From Botryllus schlosseri (taxonomy: Eukaryota): 64,000 nucleotides of DNA. The notes beneath the pieces were generated by a model, which was not told where the DNA came from, ran no database searches, and worked only from the letters and a program-made list of their open reading frames with translations. The position numbers and the translations under genes are program-made. Each line of letters starts with the position of its first letter. Positions within the stretch are counted from its first letter, which is position 1. The DNA is taken from contig CM119379.1 in the NCBI GenBank assembly GCA_051294905.1, positions 9,238,001 to 9,302,000 of the forward strand, read 5' to 3'. Positions 24,570-36,200 of the stretch are shown here, one piece after another.

Positions 24570-24720
24570 GGCCTACAACACACGCGTATCCACGTCGTCC
24601 AAATATCACATGATCGACCGAAAAGATCATCGCTCAATCAAATATGCCGGACCTGACGTGTGGAACGGTATCCCACCGACCATCCGAGTGAAGAGACAGC
24701 GACAAAGACGAGCTTATAGT
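24570..24720 (+). mobile_element. LINE (L2/CR1-like) ORF2 C-terminal remnant
   Basis: The frame reads AYNTRVSTSSKYH...RSIKYAGPDVWNGIPPTIR, the YNTR...S..Y.GP..WN.LP..IR signature of CR1/L2 ORF2 ends. Confidence 0.55.
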
Positions 24721-25303
24721 AACATCCCATATACATCCTAATTTCTTGCTTTAAAAACGAGTCTGTGGGTTAAAAAGAGTTTTGAAGGTATCATGGTAAC
24801 CATTGATATGAATTATGATGGCGAATAAATATTATTTGTGGTTAATTAACCGCCACTTTCTCAGTTCCTAATAGCAATACATCCACTGAGCAGCATGTAT
24901 TCTTAATGTAATTCACTGCTTTCAAGTAAAAATTCAATTATTACGCCGCAGAATAGAGTTAATTTTTTTACTGGGCGCGCAAACGTATTTTTTGCTTTTC
25001 ATTTGGTCAGGGGAGGGGGGGGGGGGATAATTGCCCATCCTCGACTCAGAGCAGTGATTCTTAGCCTTTATTTCCTGCAGCGTTCCTTTCGAAAATTGTC
25101 TGTGTCTGGCAACCCACCCCCCAAAAAAAATAATTAAAGGATGGTAGTAAAACAATGGTTTAGACGTTGTTGACGGTCGTTTTTTCGGTTGGGACTTCAC
25201 TATTGGAAATAGCTTGAATCACGCCCGAGGACTCCTCGACTAATTAACGCTCTGATAATAAATATATGTGCTATATTCAGGATGAAATCAAGGTTGTTAT
25301 AAC

Positions 25304-26405
25304 CAGGGCTTTGGAGCAGCCGTAAATTTTAACTGCTCCAGCTCCGGAGCCGGAGCTTTCTTCTATCATACATTAGCTCCGATTCCAGCTCCGGAGCCGC
25401 ATTATTACCACTGCTCCGGCTCCTGTTCCGGCTCCGACTCTGAAAACTATAGAATGGGCCTGTCTATATCAGGGGTGGCCAACCCGCGGGCCAAATGTGG
25501 CCCGCGAGCGGGTTTTGAGTGGCCCGCGAGGTAATTTCCTAGTATATTATCGAAATCATGTTATATTATCGAAAATGAATTGCACAGATTGTGAACTTGC
25601 AACGCCAAACAAAAATGTGATTAGTCTGGCCGCGATACTTGGGATGTTATGACTAAAATATCAGTTTCGAGGCATTGGCAGATCCAGGGTCCAGTCACAT
25701 TTTCGTAAATCGTCATACACTACAATAAACTAAAATAGTAGAATTTTTCTGGACACTACGCGTCTTGAATTGTCACACAATTTCGTGCTTGGTATAGTCT
25801 TCCCCCTCCTGAAAATGAGGATAGCTGGAGCGATTTACAACACATGCTAAATTTCCTTCAAATGGAAGTACAAAATGTAGCTTTGAAGCAGGGCTTTGGA
25901 GCAGCCGTAAATTTGGATTGCTCCAGCTCCGGCTCCGGAGCTTTCTTCCATCATACATTAGCTCCGGCTCCAGCTCCGGAGCTGCATTATTACCACTGCT
26001 CCGGCTCCAGCTCCGGCTCTGAAAACAATCGAATGTGTCTGTCTATATCAGGGGAGGGCAACCAACGGCCTGCGGTCCATATGTGACCCGCGAGAAGGTT
26101 TTGAGTAGCCCGCGAGCTAATTCCCATTATATTATCGAAATTCTGTTATATTATCGAAATTGAATTGCTCAGATTGTGAACTTGCAAGGCCAACCAAAAA
26201 TATAATCAGTATGGCCGCGACACTTGTGTTGATGACTAAAATGTCAGTTCCGACGCAATGGCTGATCCAGGGTCCAGCAGTCACATTTTTAGTAAATTGT
26301 CGTACATTACAATAAACTAAAACAGTAGTAAAATTTTTCTTCACGCTTAGCGTGTTTAATTTTCAAACGATTTCTTTCTCTGTAGCCTACCCCCACCTGA
26401 AAATG
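25304..26405 (+). repeat. Tandem duplication, period 585 bp, of a composite GGAGCY-repeat MITE plus hAT left end
   Basis: CAGGGCTTTGGAGCAGCCGTAAATTT starts at 25304 and again at 25889. The units stay alignable to about 25815 and 26405. Confidence 0.85.
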
Positions 26406-26763
26406 AAAAAAAAACGCCTAATTTAGCCGATTGAGTCCAACTATATTCGAGAGAAAGTATTTTCGCGTTTACGCTCGCAGAAAGATCGTCGACCATGAAA
26501 TTTAGTCACAAAATGATTGTCACATATTAGCGGAAACCTTCGATATCGATATGTCTAGAGGTCGAATAGTCCTGTCCTTGCAAACTAGCCCAGCGGGTGA
26601 TATACAGTAGACCCGCAATATTGTCAAGTATTAATATTATTGACCTAGTTCATTTATAAACTTTGGAAATTTTACGCGATTTTATGCGCGGCTAGTGGAC
26701 AGCGTACTCGTTCGTCAATTGCATGAGGCCCTTTATCCGAAAAGTTCGACCGCCCTGGCCCTG
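26049..26763. mobile_element. Non-autonomous hAT element
   Basis: Termini CAGGGGAGGGCAACC ... CGCCCTGGCCCTG with exact TSD GTCTATAT (26041-26048, 26764-26771). Confidence 0.75.
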
Positions 26764-26933
26764 GTCTATATATAGATTACTAATCCATACCCTTCGGTTA
26801 GTTATCTATAGTGATCTAGAGTCTGTCAGCCGTCAGTAACATCGGATGCAGCAACGAAGACATAGGTGCCGCCGTGCCGTCCTGTGACGTCATAATGGAC
26901 ATTTGTCAATGTTGATTATGGTTGCACTAGAAC

Positions 26934-27763
26934 CAGACATGCCACTCCTGGGTTTCCCACCCAGATCTGGGTTTTTCGTGCATCACCTGGGTTTCTGGGT
27001 TTTCGAGCATCACCTGGGTTTCTGGGTTTTTGTTCTTGAAATCTGGGTTTTTTCAACATCATGTTCGCCAGGTTAATTTTATGTTCGAAAATCAATTATA
27101 TTAGATTAGTATGATTGTAATGTCGATAAATGCACGAGATTCAGTTGTTGATTGACTGCTTGATTGCTGCATTGTCGAGGAATTTTGTTATATTGTAACG
27201 GCAGAGTCTTGAGAAACGGCTTCACTACTAAAATGAAAGGCCGTGATGTGATGGAGCTTTATTGTATACCAACTTCAGCTCGCAGAAAGTCATGTTCATA
27301 GAGAAACTCATTGGAATTCGGAACAGTTTTCTTACGATTTATGTCGATTCAAGGCTTGACTGCTAGTATCAATAAATAAAATAAGATCTTGGTTTCTTTC
27401 ACAGCTTATTTAACGTCCACTCTCGAAGTAATAATTTTATTTATCACACGAGCTGTCAGAGCAACGCGCACCAAGTATTTTCTTAGCAATGCGTCAAATA
27501 GAAAACAAGATATATATATTTTTTTATATTTGCGTTGTTAACCGAGCAAAACGTATTGCATGAACTATTATAGTCTCAATACCAAGGGCTAAAACTCGGT
27601 TCTATGACAATATATGACTGTCAGTTTCCATTTTCTCAGCTTCCGCTTAGGAATTTGAGGGAAATATAGGATCTGGGTTTTTCTGGGTTTATTTAGCGTC
27701 CACATCTGGGTTTATTTAGCGTCCACATTTGGGTTTTTCCGAAATATCCCAGTGGCATCTCTG
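26934..27763. mobile_element. hAT-type MITE with CTGGGTTT subterminal repeats
   Basis: TIR CAGACATGCCACT / AGTGGCATCTCTG with exact TSD ACTAGAAC (26926-26933, 27764-27771). Confidence 0.88.
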
Positions 27764-28704
27764 ACTAGAACGCCCTTTACTTCATGCCATTGCTGTGTAC
27801 AGTATTGAAATTCCAATGCGGCGTTTTAACACTGGCACTGTACTCGTTAACATTAAGCCATACAGCTGAATTCAATCTTTAAATTTGCGATTATTATTCA
27901 ACTGCAGCTGCAGTAATAGCAATATGGGCGCATATCACAACCTGATCAATAGAAATCCGATTTGCCTCAAATAGCCAATGGTTTGACGTTCGATATTGGT
28001 GCATTCATTACCAGTCCATTCGGTGTCGATCAAGTTTATCGGAATATAATATTTTCCCGTTGAAACGAATCGAATAATCGAATTGAACACTGTGCCATGC
28101 ACATTTCGACGTGCCGGTAACGAATTGAACTATGCACATTTACAAATCACAGTGCGCGATAATTCGGGAATACTGGAGTATCCAACAGACATCAAGAATG
28201 AATACACGAAACAGATGATTACAAATTGGAAATCGCGTATCAAATCAGTAATTTTTCTCCAACATAAAATACCATGAGGTTCTGACATCGCATTGAGTAG
28301 CTCGCACCGCGACAATAATTGTTTGCTGAGTGTAAATAACAGCATTTTCGGCTACTCTTCTGCCATGCCCTATTTAAGCTCGAAAATCCTTACTGGAGCG
28401 AATGACGATCATGCACAGTAATGAATTTCAATTCACATACATAGTTACATACACGATGACACAGTCCAATTTCGCGGCCCGATTAAAAACTATCACGATA
28501 GAACGTGTGTTTGCTCATCCGATTCACAGCAACGATGAGATGGAATTTCTCGGCGCGTGCTCGTCATATCGTCATGTGCAACGAAATCACGTTTTTATCC
28601 TATGTCCCATTTCGCGTAATACATAGTGATCATTATTTTCGAACCGTCCAACTGGCCAACAAGGTTGTGCTCATGATGAAATTGCGGGTATGCCCATGCC
28701 CAAT

Positions 28705-30069
28705 CAGTGGCGTAGCAGCCACTTGGCGGTTCTGGCTTTGAGCCAGGGGCGGCAATCTCCAAGGGGGCGGCAAAATGAGGCTGCACAGTGTACTGTACAG
28801 TGTACACAGCCGGCTAAAAGCAGCGTAATTGGTAGTCCTATAGCTGGCGCCCCGTGAGCTGAAATTTAATCAAACTGGTCTCAATCGAAAGCTAGTGTCG
28901 CGCTGATTCCGAATATGTTAACATGGCAATGGAACCACTTCAAAATAGCCGTCAAGGCCGATTATTCCTAACAATCCCAGCGCCGTAACACAACACAATG
29001 ACCAATTGACCATGATAATGGAAATTATATCGAGCGATTATTCGGAAAAATGCCGATTTTCAAACCAGCATTTAAATTGTATTTCCGGAATCAGGGCAAC
29101 TATAGCTTTCGATTAAGATCAGTATTGTTAAATTTGAGCACTCGGAGGGCCTGGCCAACTATATGATGAACATGACCTGACCATTGACCAGATGACCAAT
29201 TATGCTGCTTTTAGCTGTCTCAGCAGTAGGATTGTCTGAGCATTCAAGTGTGACAACTAAGTAGCCCATCTATCCGTACTCCGCAGGTTAGTGATCTATA
29301 CTTTAGGTTACGATTTGGTAAAGCAGACCGAGATAGCTGTGACCGAGATAGCTATGCTGACCGAAAACTTCGTCATATAGACCTATACAAAATACATGTA
29401 GGTTTAATTGTCCATAGGCGCTTAAATGACTGGTGTCGATTGTTCCTGTCTTGGCAATCTGAACCTCACAAGACAGATACCAGCATCCGCATGGAAAAAT
29501 TATAAGCCAGTGAAAAAATAACAATTTGAAATCTTGTGATCTTATAGTTTAGTTCGTTTGGGCGATTCTATATTTTTAGATATCAGACAGGAATTCGCGA
29601 AATAACATTAGGCCTACGTAACGAAGTCATACCAACGGATCCGCCCGCCCGAAGATGTTTAATTATTATTGACGGGTCCTACCTTTTCAAACACACCTCA
29701 CTCAACTCTACCGGTAAATCAGATTAGGTGAGCAGAAAGAGGATAAAAATTGAAAGCCATATATATGCAATTCCCCGTCATATTGACCAGTTCAATCATG
29801 AATGATATAAATAGGCGAGTAAAGCTGACTCAGGAACGGACACACAATGTAGGTTAAAAGTAGCGATAAACAGCGAATAGCGTGAGGGGGGTCTGGGGTG
29901 CGAAGCCCACCAGAAGTTTGGTTTATCACCCTATGGGGGGGTGGGGTGGGGGGGGGGGCAAGACCAACGTTTTGGGGACCTGACGAAGTGCTGTGACGGC
30001 CCTGGGTCTACTTAGGGGCGGCATTTTGAGCGAGAGCCAGGGGCGGCAGCGCATGCTGCTACGCCAGTG
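28705..30069. mobile_element. 1365-bp non-autonomous hAT-type element
   Basis: 15-bp TIR CAGTGGCGTAGCAGC / GCTGCTACGCCAGTG with exact TSD TGCCCAAT (28697-28704, 30070-30077). Confidence 0.9.
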
Positions 30070-30309
30070 TGCCCAATACCCACAATATTCACAGGCATAT
30101 CTAGCATACCGAGGTTCGGCGCTCAGGTATGAAAATTGAACATTGAACATATAACTGCTCTGCTGTTAAATCCCCAGGAACATGGTTAGTCGGAAAAGGT
30201 AGCGCCAAAGAGGCAAAGTTGTTAATTTCGCGAAGGCCTGCTGTTGAATTATGTGAAATCAACAGATATGGCTGTTGCATATATAATAGCATCTTATGAA
30301 ATACGTCGA

Positions 30310-30441
30310 AGCCGGAACTACTCCTCAAATAACTGGCTCCAGCTCCGGTTCCGGCTCTGGCTGAATTTTATGTAGAGCTCCGGCTCCGAATCCAGCTTCG
30401 GTGAAAATGCACGGCTCCGGGGCTCCGGCTCCAAAGCCCTG
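30310..30441. repeat. Right end of the GGAGCY/GCTCC-repeat MITE family
   Basis: Ends GGCTCCAAAGCCCTG, the reverse complement of the CAGGGCTTTGGAGC starts at 25304 and 25889. No matching TSD found. Confidence 0.6.
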
Positions 30442-30766
30442 CATCCGACAGTCGACGAGCATGTCCACATTCAAGTCGAAATACGAGCAATTCCTACTAA
30501 ATAAATGCTAGTCCATCCTCAAGATTACCGGACCACGACCTGACCTATCGATCTCGCCTTCCATGACATGCCACCCCATTTTTTGTCGCTTTGTTTTCCC
30601 CATACTATCTTATTTTACTTTTCATTCAGTGTGCGTGCCTCCTCTTTACATCGCATAGGCCAAAGTGGGTGTCAATGATTCCATAGACTACTCCAAGTCG
30701 CTTCGACACCTTCCTATCCTTTCATTTTTCGCATTTTTGTGGTGTAGGCCTATTGAACTGATAAAA

Positions 30767-31069
30767 TAGTGTGGCGAGATAGCGCAGTGGTATAATCCGC
30801 GGCTGCAACACCAATGGGTGCCGGTTCGAGTCCGAACGAGGTCGACTTCCGAATTCCGATACCTAAGTGTTGGAGGTTTACCTAGGCTCCTCCTCGCCAC
30901 CTCATCCGCTTCAGCGGTGTCTTACAAAAGCCTAGAGGTGGGCCGTGCTATAAGTCGGCAGTTACGGAAAAATAAGAAGAATATCGGCCTGGTGTAAATG
31001 ACCATAGTAGTCGACAGACACCATGAATACCCCAAAAACAAACAAACAAACAAACCCCAAAAACAAACA
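30767..31069 (+). mobile_element. tRNA-derived SINE (tRNA-Cys-like head)
   Basis: A-box TAGCGCAGTGG, B-box GGTTCGAGTCC, anticodon-like loop CTGCAAC, (CAAA)n tail, and an 11-bp TSD AACTGATAAAA (30756-30766, 31070-31080). Confidence 0.85.
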
Positions 31070-33235
31070 AACTGATAAAAATTGCTAATAAACCAATAAT
31101 GAATGAAAGATCTATCTCGCAATTTTGAAATTAGCAACCATCGGCCGCGGATACAAAAAGAATGCGACGTCTCTATCACATTTACATTTTCAAACCACGT
31201 AGGCTACTTCTATTCATTACCCATACAAATCTTCAATTTCTGCTTGCACTGAAAGTACTTTTGACAGACCTTGGAAATCGTTGCTCCATGTTAATTGAGT
31301 AGAAATCTGCGGCGTTATTCCTACTTCTGCTCTTGTAGTTCCAGTGACGGTAGCTATTTTGACCACCTCTGTTGGTTTTGTTATTGCAATTCATTGCAGT
31401 GTTGTAAATAAAACCCTACACTACTATTAGATCAACATAAATTAGTATATTAAGCTTTCTATAAAAAAGCTGTGGGAGTAGAAGGAAGTAACATAAGTGC
31501 AGTGAAAGATGAAATAAATCGGATGAAATATCCTGAATAATTACCAGTAGGCTACTTTATTGACTACCTGCAGGGGCGAAACTGCCCCACCCCGAACACC
31601 CGAATTGGATGGGGCCCATTTAAAAAAAAAATAGGCATTTCAGTGCCCGCCACTACCTCGCTCCACGATACGCCAAGACTACTGGAGTTTCGGCCAACAT
31701 GCGACTTCGCGAAGAGTGTTACTAAATAAAACCTTGGTCGAAACCATCAATATATATAGTTTATTGCCAATTGTCCACAGGCGCGGAATAGTCTTGATCT
31801 GGCGATCTGTAGTCACCACCTCCCTCAGCTACACCAGTAAATCTGATCACGTGGACTGCGAGACGATGAAAAATTATTAGAAATATTGGCAGACTCTTTT
31901 CGGCTACAACAGTAAAACGTGCTATTCTGTGGTTTGGTCTATGATCATATTAGGAAGGGGGGCAAGACCAAAGTGTTTTTTTTCGCTGACCAAGTGCTGT
32001 TTCGGCCCCGACTACCTGGGTATTATATCTGGAGCTACAGAATGGACTATTCAAGCTACAATGCTCACGATAGGATGTCCAAGCTAGCCGATTCGAATTA
32101 ATACACAAGACGCAAAGTTTTAAAATATTTTTTCGAGGTTTTCATGGCAGTAAAATGGTTACGAAATCACCGAGGAGAAATACATAAAATAACAGGATAC
32201 GGAATCAAAAACTTCACAAACAGCTAATGGGTAAAGTCAATTAATTCGTAGATCAGCAAGAGATGCACCTAGCTGCACAAACAGTTGGCGATTTCAATTA
32301 CGAAAGATGAGCAGAGTAGTTTCTACACGAAAGGGCCTCAACAGCATGCAAGCTGTTCAACACAGGCAGGAGTAAATTTCGCCGTAAATCAACTGATTAT
32401 CGCGACTAAGTTCAATATTGTAGCCACTGATAGATATGACTTTGGACACCGTATGTGGACCTTCAGCTATCATTCATTCCTCATAGCTGCCAGATATGCT
32501 GTTCAAGGGTGCAGGATACCTATATTTAAACCTATCCGAACCATGCGACTACATTATATCACAGTAGACAATCAAGTGCCGTGGTGCTACTAAAAACCTG
32601 AAGAATCACACCCGCCACACAACGGAAATATTGCTTACAAACGACACACGAGATGTACAAAAAGCTCACCAAGACTAGTATTACACGGGAAATGTAAAGA
32701 TCAGAGACAGGGTCACAGTGACGACACGAAAAAACAAAACCAACAGGTCCGCAGTGACATTGAAAACACAAATATTTCATTTTCACACGGAACAAACATG
32801 CTTAATAATGATTGTAGCGTCAACAACTAACACAAATAATTACTACACAAAATTCCAGACGGTAGTGTGATCGATTATCTGATTATTTTGTTTTACTTTT
32901 TTTTGGCTAACTCTAATAGGGAGACTGATTATTTATTGTCATTTGTGCTGGATATTGGAAGGTATAATTGGTGCACGCAGGAATAAGCTGCTCTAAATGA
33001 CTGGCAGACTGTCAATTGTATATGATTTTGGTGCTTCGCTCAAATCATCCAAGGCCTTTTTCAATCCGCTAAGGCACTATATCACATTGTAACTTGTTTT
33101 ACCAAATCAAATGAAACAAGGATTTTCCTATCAATAGTTCCGAACAAACTAACAGCTGGCCAGAAGCACTACCACTTGCAAATGACACAAGAAATACTCA
33201 ATGCACATCATCGATGGCAGAAAAACAAGGTGACA

Positions 33236-36200
33236 TCACGATGATAACTTGCTGGTAGCCGACAGTTTGACCCGATAAAACTTGGTATTGATCGGCACCC
33301 GGAAGCGATTCTTCTCCTTGCGCGCCTGGCAATATTCTTTCGACGCAAGCACGGCACGCGTCATGGTCTTCTTCGCTTCCGAATCCACTGCAAAGAATTA
33401 CCGCGATACAGTAAGCCTTATACAACACATGTTGAATCAGGCCCATGGACCAGACTTACAGCGAAATGCCAGTAATCTAATTCTAATTAAAATTACTTGG
33501 GCATGCGACATATGATAACATGCGTTAAAGTTAGGGTTAGGTCACAGGCTCAGATAGATACAAGGCTAGGGTAGAGTTTAATTTTGGTGATTCAGGTTTG
33601 GATAAGGGCTAGTTTTGAGGTTTCAAAGTCGGCGCTTAACTGTCGTTGTGTAGCATGCTTAAATGTCAGGCGATCTTTCAAGCACAATGTATCAAATTAT
33701 CAAAATCAGTGGTGTTCCTTAACGGAGTACTTTTAATTTTTCAGAGAACTCATGTAGGTCATGTCTACACGTACTGTAAACATGTGAGATGATCTTTTTC
33801 GAGTCCATTTCCACTTCAGCAGTCTTTGACGCCCGACTTACTATCACCATTCAGATATCGTCCAGAGAAAAATGATATTTATACGGGGTCCCATGTCTTC
33901 TACGAGCGACATTGTCGTAATAACAGGACGACGCAGCCACCGTATATAATGTAGTTTTGGAAATCACACACATTTGCGAGGTTTTCAGTCATTCTGAGTT
34001 GTTTGTCAGCCTCTTTCAATTTTAAAAGCTATGACACGCATGTGATTATCAAAATTGAGCGACGCATAGTCCCAGTCCCTTATACTACTCTTGTACTTTT
34101 GAGAGCAAGTTTTCTACATTTACATCAAGCAGTTTTGGCGTGTCTGTGAAATCATTACTACTGCTTGTAGGTCATGTGAAATTTTCGGCATTACTTTTGC
34201 AACTGGTTAAACCAGTGGTTCCCAACCTTTTTCGACTCATCGCCCCCTTATCAAGCTCGATATATATTTATCGCCCCTTATATTTTCGGATCAGAGAAAG
34301 AGGACATTCAAATGGGTAATCTATGCAGTAGTTTTGTTGGATATCACTTGTGCTTGTAATTGGGTAGACATTCAAGGCATCACTCCTACTTCTATTGAAG
34401 TAGTTGAGCTGACTACTGTGATCACCTCCGAGTATTAATGTCACCGGGCCCCTTCTGACTGTTTCGGAGTAGATTACCCGATATGTCTGCCAATTTCGTA
34501 TCTATGAAGCACTGCGTTAAGTCATGGAATCCTTAGACGGAAAAATGAGCCAACGTCGCGAACAATCGACCAAAAACTGGAGCGCTGCACTCACTCGAAG
34601 ACAGGCCGAGATTCTTCACCGATTCCTCGTGGACAAAGTGCGTGGTGCGGGCAGTCGTGAACAACGTAAATTTCTCGTACACGTCGTTGAATATCACAAG
34701 CACGGAGTCGCCAGGCTGAAAACTGAATAACACGCCACGATATAGTCCAGTTCTTGACTGTTTTCTAGCGTGGTTGAGCAAACTCCCAAACCGCAAAATG
34801 GGAAAATATTGTGTCAGACTTGAACTAGATAAATTTCAGCTTTTTTAAATTAGATTAGAAGTAGAATATTAGCTTTACAGATTTTTACAAATTGGACTAG
34901 AATTAGAATTACAGCTATGCCGTTTTTTACAAATTAGATTAGAATGACAATTACTGAATTTATGAAAACTTGAAAATTGAATTGGGTGGAGCATGAGCAT
35001 GAGAACGAAAAATGTCTGTACAGTAAACTTGGCTGCAGTACTCCTGCAGCATTATCAGGAAAACTTGAAATTAGATTAGAATTAAAATTAGAGTGTAGAA
35101 ACATTTCACAAATTAGATAAGAATTAGAAATAGAGCAAAGAAACATTTCACAAGTTAGATTAGAATTAGATTACCGCTATTTTGATCGAAATTAGTCTAA
35201 ATAAATAATTAATAATGATGTTGTTGTCCAAGTCTGCGCGGTGTGTCTCAATCATGGTCTCAATTGTCGCCTAAAAAGCTGCCTGATGACTGCCGAGTTT
35301 GAGGCTACTTTTAAATACTTTGGCGCAACACTTGTAGGCCGCTGTAGTTTGTCAGAAAAAAACATCAAATCAAAATGGTGATAATGTTATTGATTTTTCA
35401 TTTTCAATCATCTCTACCTTTGAAACTTTTGCCGATTCTTCATCTACCACTTATCTGTAACTGTGACCTAACCTCTTCATTGAATTGCATATGAATAGCA
35501 ATTTGACTTAACACAAATTCTGTAAGTTTACTTCAATATCACCTTTTACTTTAGGAGGCAAATTGCTAGCCGGACTGTGTGTACGTTTACCAATTCTACT
35601 GTGATTAAAGATGATAGTAAGCTTCTGGTATTGATATGTTTACATACTATATTAATAAAATGTATATTTAAGATGATAATAATTCCGAGCCCTTACTTTG
35701 TAAGGATAACCGAATCTTTAGCCCTGGACGTTTCCGACGAAGAGGTGCTAGCGTTAGAGATGTCCGACGCCAGGGACTGACCAGAAGAAAACGAACACGT
35801 CATGTCCGATTGGGTGGACATTGTCATCTTTTGAGGTATCGTCATGGACCCAGTCATGTTGGAAGTAGGCAGCATCTGGGATTGCGTCATCAGACGCTCG
35901 CGCAGATCTCGAATCTCTTTGTCCTTGGCGGCGGTGACTTGTTGGACCGCAGAGTTGAACACGATCTGTTGACGGGTCGGTAGTTGATTTGTGGAATTGG
36001 TGTGAAGCGATTTTCAGGCAGCCCAACGATTTTGAATTTGAAAATTTGAAAAAAGTTATTCTTGAAAAGCCCTAATGCGCAACCATGGCACAAAACTCAA
36101 TTCGACAGCAGAAGTCAGATAATATTACAAAATTTCTCGCACTCACACAGTGGTTCCCAACCTTTTCCCACCCACGTACCATTTCGAGGTTTTATGCAGT

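Noticed and set aside
25304-27763. CRISPR-like array in the GGAGCY and CTGGGTTT repeats
   Set aside because: Eukaryotic context, irregular short subterminal MITE repeats, and no unique equal-length spacers.
25304-30441. One large composite transposon bounded by CAGGGCTTTGGAGC / GCTCCAAAGCCCTG
   Set aside because: No target-site duplication matches either left end.
30773-30844. Functional tRNA-Cys gene
   Set aside because: A and B boxes are present, but the 5' GGCGAGA has no complementary 3' acceptor strand, and the region continues into a SINE body with tail and TSD.
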